This document shows positions 27,456 to 36,838 of a DNA stretch of 59,730 bases, in pieces (the first letter of the stretch is position 1; every line of letters begins with the position of its first letter). The position numbers and the translations under genes were made by a program. Origin of the DNA: a virus (taxonomy: Duplodnaviria; Caudoviricetes); the IMG/VR virus record IMGVR_UViG_3300025396_000017, positions 1 through 59,730 of that record; one strand, written 5' to 3'. The notes below the pieces were generated by a model that was given only the letters and a program-made list of their open reading frames with translations, did no database searches and was not told the origin of the DNA.

Positions 27456-27905
27456 ATGAAAAAGTTAGTAGTTGCTGCAGCTGTAATGGCGTTAGTTGGA
27501 ATGGCACAAGCAGAAGATGTATCAGTTCGTGTAGGTCACGATAACCAGTTCCACACCGATGTTGCTATCGCTTCTGTTGGTACTGATATCGCTGGTGTTC
27601 ATGTTGCTGGCGAATTTGACCGTGCTGGTGCTGGTTATTTGTACAATGCTTATGGCGTTAAAGTAAACAAAGACTTCACAGTAGGTCCAGTTTCTGTTGG
27701 TCCATCTGTAGGTTTGGCTTACATTGATGCACAAACACCATCACTACATAATAAGACTGTTGCTACAGTTGGTTTAGGTGCTGGATACGCTTTGAACAAG
27801 CAAGTATCATTGGTTGCTGATATCACACAACGTTATGATACAGCGAAAGATTCTAAAGAATACCGTGGAAGTATGTTTTCTTTAGGTGTTAAAGGTTCTT
27901 TCTAA
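27456..27905 (+). CDS. outer-membrane beta-barrel protein
   Basis: Signal peptide (AQA), alternating amphipathic strands, GLGAGYAL, C-terminal Phe. Confidence 0.82.
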   Translation: MKKLVVAAAVMALVGMAQAEDVSVRVGHDNQFHTDVAIASVGTDIAGVHVAGEFDRAGAGYLYNAYGVKVNKDFTVGPVSVGPSVGLAYIDAQTPSLHNKTVATVGLGAGYALNKQVSLVADITQRYDTAKDSKEYRGSMFSLGVKGSF

Positions 27906-27981
27906 CTAAATACCTTTATGAGTTGGGGACTCTCAATAAAAGTCCTAATTACACACACTCAAAACACACAAGGAGAAAACT

Positions 27982-28263
27982 ATGAGTATGACCCCCTATG
28001 AGATTCGCCTAGAATTACTTAAAATGGCGAAAGATATGCTTACTGATGACTTTCACACGAAACGTAATACAATATCAGAAGCATGGCACACACAGGTTGA
28101 AGCCGCAAAGATTGCCGGAACACCTTCACCCACAGCACCAGTGATGCCAAATTACCCAACAGAGACAGACATTATCATCAAGGCCCAAGTCTTGAACGAT
28201 TTTGTATCTCAAACACCACCAACCCCACACGTAGAAGTTAAAACGAAGAAAACACATTCGTAA
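27982..28263 (+). CDS. conserved T4-like hypothetical protein
   Basis: TPYEIRLELLKMAKDML...YPT..DII.KA..LNDFVS. Confidence 0.8.
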   Translation: MSMTPYEIRLELLKMAKDMLTDDFHTKRNTISEAWHTQVEAAKIAGTPSPTAPVMPNYPTETDIIIKAQVLNDFVSQTPPTPHVEVKTKKTHS

Positions 28264-28271
28264 TTGTGGGT

Positions 28272-28295
28272 GAGAGGCTTCGGCCTCTTTCTTTT
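28272..28295 (+). terminator. rho-independent terminator with UUCG loop
   Basis: GAGAGGC-TTCG-GCCTCTT followed by TCTTTT. Confidence 0.75.
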
Positions 28296-28307
28296 CAAGG
28301 AGAAAAA

Positions 28308-28799
28308 ATGAAGTTTTTAAACAAGACTTTATTCATTATTCTTTCACTATCACTAATCGTAACTAATGCTAAACCAGCACCATCTATAACACAAGCAGTT
28401 AAAGATGATTTTAATAAACAAGTTCTTTGTATGGCAAAGAACCTCTACTATGAAGCCGCAATGGAACCTTATGAGGGTAAATTAGCCGTGGCTCAAGTAG
28501 TAATGAATAGAACACAAAACAAAAACTTTCCATCAGATATTTGTGGAGTAGTTTACCAAAAGACAGGTGAGACTTGCCAGTTTACATGGACTTGCGAGAA
28601 GTCATATCCTGTACGTAATGAGTACGCATGGGAAGAATCTGTATTGATTGCTAAAAAGGCACTTACTGAAGGTATATTACATAAAGATATAGCCAAGGCA
28701 AAGATTATATTCTACCATGCCACATATGTACATCCAGGTTGGTCCAATATACGTCCGTACAAAACAATTGGTAATCATATTTTTTACGCCAAAGGTTGA
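28308..28799 (+). CDS. cell wall hydrolase, SleB/Hydrolase_2 family
   Basis: CMAKNLYYEA, AVAQVVMNR, ICGVVYQ, CQFTW, YHATYVHPGW, IGNHIFY. Confidence 0.9.
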   Translation: MKFLNKTLFIILSLSLIVTNAKPAPSITQAVKDDFNKQVLCMAKNLYYEAAMEPYEGKLAVAQVVMNRTQNKNFPSDICGVVYQKTGETCQFTWTCEKSYPVRNEYAWEESVLIAKKALTEGILHKDIAKAKIIFYHATYVHPGWSNIRPYKTIGNHIFYAKG

Positions 28800-28845
28800 C
28801 ACGGTTAATACATTATGTTACAATATTATTTTATGAGTGAGAATT

Positions 28846-29067
28846 ATGCCAACAAAGAATGAAATTGCCGAGTTTAGTGATACGATTGCAGCTGAATCTG
28901 AATTGTGGAAACTAACAATCATGGATACAGTTGTAGCACATTGTGAGAATTCAGGAATGGAAGTAGATGTGGCGTCTACTCTCCTATCCTCAGCACTTAA
29001 AGCCAAGATACGTGAAGAAGCGCAAGAGCTTAACTTATTGAAGAAGACTGCCAAACTACCAATATGA
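28846..29067 (+). CDS. gp33: late transcription coactivator
   Basis: HCE..GMEVD...LSSALKAKIREEAQELNLLK; synteny before gp59. Confidence 0.85.
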   Translation: MPTKNEIAEFSDTIAAESELWKLTIMDTVVAHCENSGMEVDVASTLLSSALKAKIREEAQELNLLKKTAKLPI

Positions 29068-29663
29068 ATGACGAGAACACGGGCTTTGCGGCCTTTGCTT
29101 TATATAATGCGTTACATCTTCATTTTACTTCTTCTAGTTACGATTATTTTAAATACAACGGGAAAACCAATGTATCTAAAGACTCTTTCAGCAGACGTAA
29201 AGATAAATGGCACTTTTACAGATTAAGCCGTAGATATGGAATTGATGAACTACGGGACTTTTATGTTGCCAATTTCATTGTTGCTGATATTAGGTGGGTT
29301 GGTGATATATCAGGTCCCGAAGGTGAAGACACATACAAGAAATGGCAGAAAAGAAACCAAAGCTTGACTTATAACTTTGAACAAGATATAATACACCTAT
29401 TCGAAACAGAGAATTGGTTGAAAGTAAACAATGGTCAACATCCATATCTACTTGAAGAAGCAATGAAGAAAGGTATCGAAATCGAGACCTTATGTATTCT
29501 GAATGATATTATGAAATTCTTTCCAATGTGGTCGGAAAAAATATCAGACGATATCATTTGGCCAGGTTACAAGTTGAAGTGTGAGAGGTACACACCTTTC
29601 ATTAATTATGATAGAGAAAAGTTTAAGACAATTTTGAAAGAAGCAGTTAAAGAATATGCCTAA
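29064..29663 (+). CDS. gp59: helicase loader
   Basis: LHFT...YDYFKYNGK, RRKDK, VANF, IETLCIL. Confidence 0.88.
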   Translation: MNDENTGFAAFALYNALHLHFTSSSYDYFKYNGKTNVSKDSFSRRKDKWHFYRLSRRYGIDELRDFYVANFIVADIRWVGDISGPEGEDTYKKWQKRNQSLTYNFEQDIIHLFETENWLKVNNGQHPYLLEEAMKKGIEIETLCILNDIMKFFPMWSEKISDDIIWPGYKLKCERYTPFINYDREKFKTILKEAVKEYA

Positions 29664-30144
29664 GATTGATAAAATTTACCTAGACATGGATGGTGTCATC
29701 TGTGACTTTATGAAAAGGTACAAAGAATTGTATCACCACGTACCACGTAGGGATGAAACAAAAAAAGAATGGCACAACAACTTTGATAATTTCATCAAAA
29801 CAAAACAGTTTGAAACATTAGACTTGATGCCTGATGCCAAAACTTTACTTGATTACTTAAGAAATCAACCTGTACCCGTTGAGATTTTATCTTCAACAGC
29901 CTTTGAAAAGGTACACGATGATATCAGTCAACAAAAATCTATATGGTTGGAAAACCACGGTATAGATTTCCCACGCAACTTTGTACCAGGCAAAGCCTTA
30001 AAGTACAAGTTTGCTACACCCACTTCCCTAATCATTGATGATACCTTGAGTGTGATTGATGATTGGAAAGAAGCTGGCGGTCCTGCGATACATCACAAGA
30101 ACGCCAGAGAAACTATGGTAATGTTGAAATTTTATCTGCTCTGA
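29656..30144 (+). CDS. HAD-family 5'(3')-deoxyribonucleotidase-like protein
   Basis: YLDMDGVICDF, ILSS, LIIDD, W..AGG.AIHH. Confidence 0.85.
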   Translation: MPKIDKIYLDMDGVICDFMKRYKELYHHVPRRDETKKEWHNNFDNFIKTKQFETLDLMPDAKTLLDYLRNQPVPVEILSSTAFEKVHDDISQQKSIWLENHGIDFPRNFVPGKALKYKFATPTSLIIDDTLSVIDDWKEAGGPAIHHKNARETMVMLKFYLL

Positions 30145-30220
30145 TGGATAAATATAATGTATTATGTTATTTTGAACCATACTCCGTTTTATACTCCGTT
30201 TATACTAAGAAAGGTTAATT

Positions 30221-31102
30221 ATGGATTTTTCCAAAATGAAAAAGAGTTCAGGCAATCTGGACAAATACACAAAAGCCATCGAAGCACTCAACGCTTCAAC
30301 AGATGGTTCCTCCGAAAAAGAATTATACTGGCGTCCAGAAGTGGACAAAGCTGGCAATGGTATGGCAACGATTCGTTTCTTACCTGCCTCAGCAGCCGAT
30401 GGTGAAGATGCATTACCATGGGTTAAAGTATTCTCTCACGGTTTCCAAGGACCTGGTGGTTGGTTAATCGACAACTGTTTGACAACCAAGAACCAACAAT
30501 GTCCTGTTTGTGAACACAATAACAAACTATGGAACTCAGGCATCGAAGCCAACAAAGAAATTGTACGTAAACAAAAGCGTAAGTTAAACTATATCGCTAA
30601 CGTTTACATCGTTTCTGATCCTAAGCATCCCGAAAACGAAGGTCAAGTTAAGTTGTTCAAGTTCGGTAAGAAAATCTTTGATAAAATTACTGAAGCAATG
30701 AACCCACAATTTGAAGATGAGAAACCAATCAACCCGTTTGATTTGTGGAAAGGTGCTAACTTTAAACTGAAGATTCGTAAGGTCGAAGGTTACCAAAACT
30801 ATGATAAGTCCGAGTTTGAATCACCATCTGCATTGATGGATGATGACGAAAAGTTGGAAAAGATTTGGAAAGCCGAACACTCATTGGCAGGTCTTACTGC
30901 TGATAAAGAGTTCAAGTCCTATGATGACTTAAAGAATCGTCTGGAAAAGGTCCTAGGTTTGAATGGTGACGTTCCTGTTGCCAAGACTACAGTAGAAACT
31001 ATCAAAGAGCAAGCACGTATTGCTCCTAAGAAAGTGGCTGAACCTGAGATTACCGAAGATGATGATGACATGGCATACTTTGCCAAGTTGGCTGAAGACT
31101 GA
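30221..31102 (+). CDS. gp32: single-stranded DNA-binding protein
   Basis: DKAGNG.A.IRFLP, HGFQGPGGW, CPVCE, GANFKLK, acidic tail DDDDMAYFAKLAED. Confidence 0.97.
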   Translation: MDFSKMKKSSGNLDKYTKAIEALNASTDGSSEKELYWRPEVDKAGNGMATIRFLPASAADGEDALPWVKVFSHGFQGPGGWLIDNCLTTKNQQCPVCEHNNKLWNSGIEANKEIVRKQKRKLNYIANVYIVSDPKHPENEGQVKLFKFGKKIFDKITEAMNPQFEDEKPINPFDLWKGANFKLKIRKVEGYQNYDKSEFESPSALMDDDEKLEKIWKAEHSLAGLTADKEFKSYDDLKNRLEKVLGLNGDVPVAKTTVETIKEQARIAPKKVAEPEITEDDDDMAYFAKLAED

Positions 31103-31219
31103 TTTAGTCCTTTAATATTATGAATATAGAAAAAATCAATTAGATTTTGATGTGAAATTGTGATAAACTATGATAAGTAATCCATGTGGTTGCTTATCAT
31201 TTTTTTACAAGGAGTTATA

Positions 31220-31669
31220 ATGAGTGTTACACTAAAAAATCTTGAGAGTGCTTTGGCCGGTGAGTCAATGGCACATATCAAGTACCGATACTTTGCAAAG
31301 ATTGCAAGGGAAGAAGGATTCGAAGATGTTGCTAAACACTTTGAACATACAGCCGACCAAGAAATTAAACACGCCTGGGGTCACCTAGAGTTGTTGATTG
31401 GTAAACCAAGTACTAAAGAGTGTTTGGAAAAGGCAATTGAAGGTGAAACATATGAGTTCACACAAATGTATCCAGAGTTTGAAACAATTGCTAAAACTGA
31501 AGGTAATACTATTGCATTAAGAGAATTTCAAAATCAAATTATTGAGAGTGATGAACACGCTGAACAGTTCAAAGAAGTTCTAGCAAAAGCCGAAAAGAGA
31601 TTTGCGGCTCTGGCAAAAGTAGAGAAACGTCACGCTGAAGCATATACTAAAGTAATGGAGGCTCTATGA
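31220..31669 (+). CDS. rubrerythrin
   Basis: NLESALAGESMA..KY.YFA, QE..HA, EGETYE...MYP, E..HA di-iron motifs. Confidence 0.92.
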   Translation: MSVTLKNLESALAGESMAHIKYRYFAKIAREEGFEDVAKHFEHTADQEIKHAWGHLELLIGKPSTKECLEKAIEGETYEFTQMYPEFETIAKTEGNTIALREFQNQIIESDEHAEQFKEVLAKAEKRFAALAKVEKRHAEAYTKVMEAL

Positions 31670-31800
31670 ACGAAGTACACGTATGTATCGTATGCGGCCA
31701 TGAACATGATGAGGTAGTAGAAGGTAAGTGGGAAGATTTGCCTGCAGACTTTACTTGTCCAGAATGTGGTGTAGGTAAGGAAGACTACGAAGTAATATAA
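31666..31800 (+). CDS. rubredoxin
   Basis: Manual translation MNEVHVCIVCGHEH...WEDLPADFTCPECGVGKEDY (44 aa). Confidence 0.9.
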   Translation: MNEVHVCIVCGHEHDEVVEGKWEDLPADFTCPECGVGKEDYEVI

Positions 31801-31836
31801 AACTCTTTCTTCTTAAGTGTCTTCTGGAGAGTTTTT

Positions 31837-31860
31837 ACCCCGCCTAGTGCGGGGTTTTTT
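31837..31860. terminator. terminator between convergent blocks
   Basis: ACCCCGC-CTAGT-GCGGGGT followed by T-run. Confidence 0.85.
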
Positions 31861-33583
31861 ATACCATTCGCAAACTTTGTTTGATAGTTCTTAAAAATGA
31901 ATCTTCATCATTTCTAACGGCAGTTTCACCAATAGAACCAGATTCGGATTTACCACCCATTGCAGATGTATTTGTCTTATTAATAACCATTGTGGCAGGA
32001 CCAGCATCACTCATATCTTGTTGTGCTTCCATATTTTGGTTTGTAGCAGCAACCATTTGACCGCCAGTTGGTGATACTGAAGGTGCTGGAGTTGCCATTG
32101 AAGTTTGTTCAGCAGTAGCACCACCTTGACCTCCTCGACCACCACCTGCGCCAGTAGAAGGCATTGGTGTTGCTGTTGCTACTGGAGTTGGTGCCGGTGC
32201 TGCAGGTGTTGCTGTAGGAGTTTTCTTAGTACCGTCTGGATTATAATCTTGACCGTATTGATTGTCCCATTTTGCAGCACGAGCTTTGTTTTTACCACCT
32301 GTAGTATCTGGTCTAGGTGGTACTGTGACAGGTCCTGTATCAATTCTTTCTGGTACTTTATATTCTTTGGTATCTCCAGCAATTGCTTTTACTTTTTCAA
32401 TACCACCAGCATCTATAATTGCTTGTTTATTTTTCTCAGGGTCTTTTAGTAATTCTATTGCTTGTGCTTTTCCATTCTTAACAATATCTTCTAGTTTTTC
32501 TTTACCACCCAAAGCTTTAATATCTCTTTCTGAACCACTTGCCAATACAGCAGCTGCTTCATCAGGAGATAATACTTTCATATTGTTAACATTTTCTTTG
32601 ACATAATCTTTCAAGGCACCTGATAACCATGCCATAAAAACTGTAAAGGCGGTCAAACCTATCAACGAAAGACCAATCGGACTTATTAAGAATGATGCCA
32701 AACCTCTAAGTATCTTAAAGGCATTACCGCCCAACATTTTTGAAAATTGTAAAAGGCCTTCTAGTTTATCCATTAACTTGCCAATGGATTCATCAATCAT
32801 ACTTTTTATCTTTTCTAAGAAATCAAATAATCCGCCACCTTTCTTCTGAGAAGGTCCGCCACCAGTTGTAGCACCAATGCTTTTTAGTGCTTTGATTAGT
32901 TCTTCATGTCTCTTTTGAATCTTCTCATTCTTTTGTTCTTCAAAGTCTTTTTGTAATTCAGACTTCTTAATCTTTTGTTCATAATCTTCTTTGAACAATG
33001 AATACAGTTTAGATATACCATCAGCAGGACCATCACCCCTAACAATTGGTGTGACCTTACCTGCAGCAATATGTACACTCATTGGTTCGGCTTTACGACC
33101 TCTATCATATCCACGAGTTCTGGTATAACCACCAAAGTAACCAATGTCTCTATCAGAACGGCCCATACCACGACCAATGGCAGTAAAGATAGACCTGCCA
33201 ATGGCACCTTTACCTGTTAAAGCACTTGCCCATGTCAAAGGATCAAATACTTTCTTTATTCTGGTGGTTCTGGCACGCATCTTATCCGATACAGCACCTT
33301 TAATAGAAGCACCAAGACCTTGGCCTTCTTCAAATTTCTTCCTAGCGATTAACTCAAATAGGCCTGTGTTTTTAAGAGTGTCGGCTCTCTGATAAGACAT
33401 CTCATAGACTCTAGGTGACTTTGGTTCTTTACCAGTTTCTTTACCTAATCTAGCGGCTTCTTCTTTAGATGCAGCTCTGCCTAATGTTCCAGTCTTTTGA
33501 TTGTAAACAAACCAATATCCCCTACCTTTAAAAGCGGCAGGGTCCCAAGCGAAAATAGTGTTGTTAAGTTTTTTGCTTTGCAT
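31859..33583 (-). CDS. putative tape-measure/baseplate-hub-region protein
   Basis: Long helical protein with hydrophobic segment, downstream of gp26/51; N-terminus paralogous to neighbour. Confidence 0.55.
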   Translation of the reverse strand: MQSKKLNNTIFAWDPAAFKGRGYWFVYNQKTGTLGRAASKEEAARLGKETGKEPKSPRVYEMSYQRADTLKNTGLFELIARKKFEEGQGLGASIKGAVSDKMRARTTRIKKVFDPLTWASALTGKGAIGRSIFTAIGRGMGRSDRDIGYFGGYTRTRGYDRGRKAEPMSVHIAAGKVTPIVRGDGPADGISKLYSLFKEDYEQKIKKSELQKDFEEQKNEKIQKRHEELIKALKSIGATTGGGPSQKKGGGLFDFLEKIKSMIDESIGKLMDKLEGLLQFSKMLGGNAFKILRGLASFLISPIGLSLIGLTAFTVFMAWLSGALKDYVKENVNNMKVLSPDEAAAVLASGSERDIKALGGKEKLEDIVKNGKAQAIELLKDPEKNKQAIIDAGGIEKVKAIAGDTKEYKVPERIDTGPVTVPPRPDTTGGKNKARAAKWDNQYGQDYNPDGTKKTPTATPAAPAPTPVATATPMPSTGAGGGRGGQGGATAEQTSMATPAPSVSPTGGQMVAATNQNMEAQQDMSDAGPATMVINKTNTSAMGGKSESGSIGETAVRNDEDSFLRTIKQSLRMV

Positions 33584-33585
33584 TT

Positions 33586-35298
33586 TTATCCTTGAAGCAT
33601 GATTGGCTTATCATTTACTTTGTTAGGCACTAAGGTTTCTTTTTTACCGCCTTGAGCAACGATATTTGTATTGTTATTCACTATGGTTGTTCCACTACCT
33701 GATTGTGACTTGAGGTCTTTATTTTCAGTTGAAGCAGAAGCCAATTGTGTGCCTGTATTGTTTGCAGCTGCAGACCCAAGATCCAAAAAAGTTGATGCTT
33801 TTCTATATTGTTCGTGTAAATGGGAACCTTCTGTATCAAATTCTGATTCTTTATGACCAAGACCAGCAACAGCTCTGAGAACAGTCTTTAGTGCCATATT
33901 GGCATCTGTAAAACTATTCATTATTTCAAAACCTTTTTTAGGTCCTTGTTTTCCACCCAACACCATAGCAAGATAAGCAACTGCGGCTTTAGATGCAGTT
34001 TCCATATCTTGTGTTATGGCATCAGGATTAGCTTCTAAATCTATACCAATAATTTTACCAACATCTCTGTATACGGATCTTCCTGTCATTGCAATTAAAC
34101 CACGACCACGATATTTGTATCCGTCACCGGGTTTACTATTTGTACTCAATCCATCATACATCAAGCTAAAGAAAGCTTCATCACCTTTAGACCATTCTTT
34201 TTCCAGATATTCGGCTGGAACACCATTTGGCATATTCAATTGTTTTGCAAGTCTACCACCAGGTTTCAACTGAGGAAAAACTTTCCATATGTAATCAATA
34301 CCTCTAGTTTTAAGAGATTTTAGATAAGGACCAGCACCATCTTCTTTTGATTCTGGATTTAAACCAGATTCTTTTGCTGATGTTGCAACAATTGCTTGTT
34401 TTGCGTAGGCGTTTGTTACACCTAAAGCACCTATGGCACCGGCAACTGCCGCAGCAGGACCGGACAATTTGGAGGCTCCTGTGGCAGCTTTTGCGATAGA
34501 TGTAGTTTTTGGTGTGGCCGCAGGAGGTTTAACAGTAGGTTCAGCAGAAGGTTTGGGAGCAGGTGCAGCTTCTTTTTTTACTACTTCAGTAGTTTGTTTC
34601 GGGGCTTCCTGTTTTGGAGCAACTTCTTTCTCAACCTTCTCCGCTTTAGGTTTCTCAGCAGCTTTTTCAGGTGCCTTTGCTTTTTCAGGAGCTTTCTCAG
34701 CAGCTTTCTCGGTAGCCTTCTTAGGTTCTTCCGCTTTCTTAGCTTCAACCTTATCTTTAGATTCTTCTTTTTTCTTTTCTTTTCTTTCTTCTGCTCTTTT
34801 TTGTTGTCTAGTTTTCTTAGCAGGCTTTAATGAAAGAATAGCAGCCAACAATTCTTTGTGGTTCTTTTCTTCCATTTCTTCACGTTCTTCAGTAAATAGA
34901 GAGTCAATTTCTTCTTGCTCTTTTTCTGTTTCCATTCTAACCTTCATCAAGGCATAGAATTTACCTAAAGCATCACCGAAAGAATCGCCACTACGGACAT
35001 CTGTGAGAGAATTAAAAGTTTTTGTTGAGATAAGAGCGTTCTTTTGTTTCTTATCTTTGTTTGGTGCTGGAGTGGCAGTAGATTTAGGAGTAACCGTTGG
35101 TTGTGGTTTCTCCTGTTCTTTTTGTTGTTTTTCTTCTTTAGGCTTTGGCATTTTTGGTATGCCTAAAGAAATTGCCTCTTTCTTACTGGCAGCACGACCT
35201 AAGTTGCCGTTTTTACCCAAGACAAACCAATACCCTCTACCTCTAAAGGCAGAAGGTTCCCAAGCAAATGTAATCTTGCCTAGTTTTTTAGTTATCAT
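33586..35298 (-). CDS. tail-associated protein with GH19 (chitinase-fold) lysin domain
   Basis: K/E/A/P linker then ESG...GDGYKYRGRGLI.MTGR..Y...DLEANPD. Confidence 0.78.
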   Translation of the reverse strand: MITKKLGKITFAWEPSAFRGRGYWFVLGKNGNLGRAASKKEAISLGIPKMPKPKEEKQQKEQEKPQPTVTPKSTATPAPNKDKKQKNALISTKTFNSLTDVRSGDSFGDALGKFYALMKVRMETEKEQEEIDSLFTEEREEMEEKNHKELLAAILSLKPAKKTRQQKRAEERKEKKKEESKDKVEAKKAEEPKKATEKAAEKAPEKAKAPEKAAEKPKAEKVEKEVAPKQEAPKQTTEVVKKEAAPAPKPSAEPTVKPPAATPKTTSIAKAATGASKLSGPAAAVAGAIGALGVTNAYAKQAIVATSAKESGLNPESKEDGAGPYLKSLKTRGIDYIWKVFPQLKPGGRLAKQLNMPNGVPAEYLEKEWSKGDEAFFSLMYDGLSTNSKPGDGYKYRGRGLIAMTGRSVYRDVGKIIGIDLEANPDAITQDMETASKAAVAYLAMVLGGKQGPKKGFEIMNSFTDANMALKTVLRAVAGLGHKESEFDTEGSHLHEQYRKASTFLDLGSAAANNTGTQLASASTENKDLKSQSGSGTTIVNNNTNIVAQGGKKETLVPNKVNDKPIMLQG

Positions 35299-35491
35299 CT
35301 ACGTGCTTCAGCCTTCTTCTGTTTTAGTTTTTCGTTTTCTTCTTCAATATATTGAATCAACATGGAAACATAAATCTCACGTTCCCAAGGTATCATCGTT
35401 TCAAGTTCCGCTAGACTATACTTATGGTGTTGGATCAAGGCAAAGTTAGTGCGGTAATAGTTTTCTAAGTTATCATGGCGAAATATTAGTC
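35295..35491 (-). CDS. gp51: baseplate hub assembly catalyst gp51-like frame (no ATG before conserved N-terminal motif)
   Basis: Manual translation RLIFRHDNLENYYRTNFALIQHHKYSLAELETMIPWEREIY...; in -1 frame relative to gp26. Confidence 0.8.
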
Positions 35492-36208
35492 GAAAAAACT
35501 TTCGAGCCCTTCCACATCAATAGAGTGGTTAAAGCCACACTTACTACACTTCATCTGAACATTCTTGTTCAACTTAGGCAGATTATTGAAGAATTCTTCC
35601 ATTTTTACGAATTGTTCTTGGTTCAATGACTCAACAAACTCCATCAATTCAGCAGGATCTGATTCCTTTGAATAGTAATATTGTTCACCATCATAAATCC
35701 ATTCAATAGATTCAGCAATCATATCTAATGCCATATCAGCGGCATTTTCTGTATTTGAAAATCTTTTTACCACATAGAATTCAGGATATCTTAACTTAAC
35801 TGAAATCTTATCGGTAATTTGTATAACATCTTTCAAATCTGGATTAATATCTACTTTAATATCCAGTAGATTTACTTCCATGTCCATGATGTTACCACAT
35901 TCTTTATCATCTACTTCATTATTACATTTGTATTTGTTTTTAATAACTTCACCTACGGATCTAGCACGTAAGTTTAAGAAATAAAACTCCACATCAGTAA
36001 TAGGTAACGAATCAACATCAATATCACCGATGGTACAGTTAATCAAAACTTGACGAATGTTTTGTTCAATCGTTTCGGTGTCATCAGCCTGTAAAGCCAT
36101 CAATAAGTTTCTTTGTTCTTTAACTAGAAACGGTCTATATTGTATCTTCTTCTTTGATAACGGTAATGTCAAATCATATACCGGCACATCAATTTTTGGC
36201 AAAGCCAT
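35486..36208 (-). CDS. gp26: baseplate hub assembly chaperone
   Basis: MALPKI, YRPFLVKE, FLNLRARSVGE, CSKCG, GLESFF. Confidence 0.9.
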   Translation of the reverse strand: MALPKIDVPVYDLTLPLSKKKIQYRPFLVKEQRNLLMALQADDTETIEQNIRQVLINCTIGDIDVDSLPITDVEFYFLNLRARSVGEVIKNKYKCNNEVDDKECGNIMDMEVNLLDIKVDINPDLKDVIQITDKISVKLRYPEFYVVKRFSNTENAADMALDMIAESIEWIYDGEQYYYSKESDPAELMEFVESLNQEQFVKMEEFFNNLPKLNKNVQMKCSKCGFNHSIDVEGLESFFD

Positions 36209-36223
36209 AATATTATCTCCTCA

Positions 36224-36838
36224 TTAAAATAAACTTCCACCCAACCCATTCCCATTGGTGACTTGTGAAATACCACCAGTAACAACGCCTGTAAGAGCAT
36301 TTTGTAGTACGTTGTTGAGAGAATTGTTTTTCCAGTAAGTATAAGCAAAAACTACAGTTAGTTTATGTATACCATCATTTGACCAATCCAAGTCCATTTG
36401 ATTGACAGCAATAGGGAAAGCATCAATCAATTCAACTGAATAAGTCAAATTGTTATTTACGTCATATTGATTAACGGTGACTGGTGTAGAGTAATCACCT
36501 TTGTATTTGAAATTAAAGTTTGTAGATGGGTTAATCAACTCCATCCATGAATCAAAGAATTGTTTCTCGGACATATCACCAGATACAACGAACGTTAGGT
36601 CCATATCTTGGTATGTTGTTTGATTTGGAAACTTTTCTGTAATGTTATAAATCTTTTGGTCAGTTGTGCCTAATGTACGACCAGGTAAATTGGCATTTTC
36701 ACACCTAAATGTCAATCTTTGAGCTATGTTTCTATATTGAATTAATGATAAAGGAATAGGAATACTCACATCAAAACGATTTGTACGAGCCAAATCGGTC
36801 TGAAAACTACCTAAAAAGTCATTAATACTTCCTGCCAT
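36224..36838 (-). CDS. gp54: tail tube initiator (gp54/gp19-like)
   Basis: ARTNRF, CENANLPGR, LTF, FFDSW, DAFP. Confidence 0.72.
   Translation of the reverse strand: MAGSINDFLGSFQTDLARTNRFDVSIPIPLSLIQYRNIAQRLTFRCENANLPGRTLGTTDQKIYNITEKFPNQTTYQDMDLTFVVSGDMSEKQFFDSWMELINPSTNFNFKYKGDYSTPVTVNQYDVNNNLTYSVELIDAFPIAVNQMDLDWSNDGIHKLTVVFAYTYWKNNSLNNVLQNALTGVVTGGISQVTNGNGLGGSLF

Noticed and set aside
32105-35449. Several plus-strand ORFs (32105, 32262, 34433, 35003)
   Set aside because: Antisense shadows of low-complexity minus-strand tail genes
35465-35476. ATG as gp51 start
   Set aside because: It is in the gp26 frame and reads Met-Ile-Thr-stop
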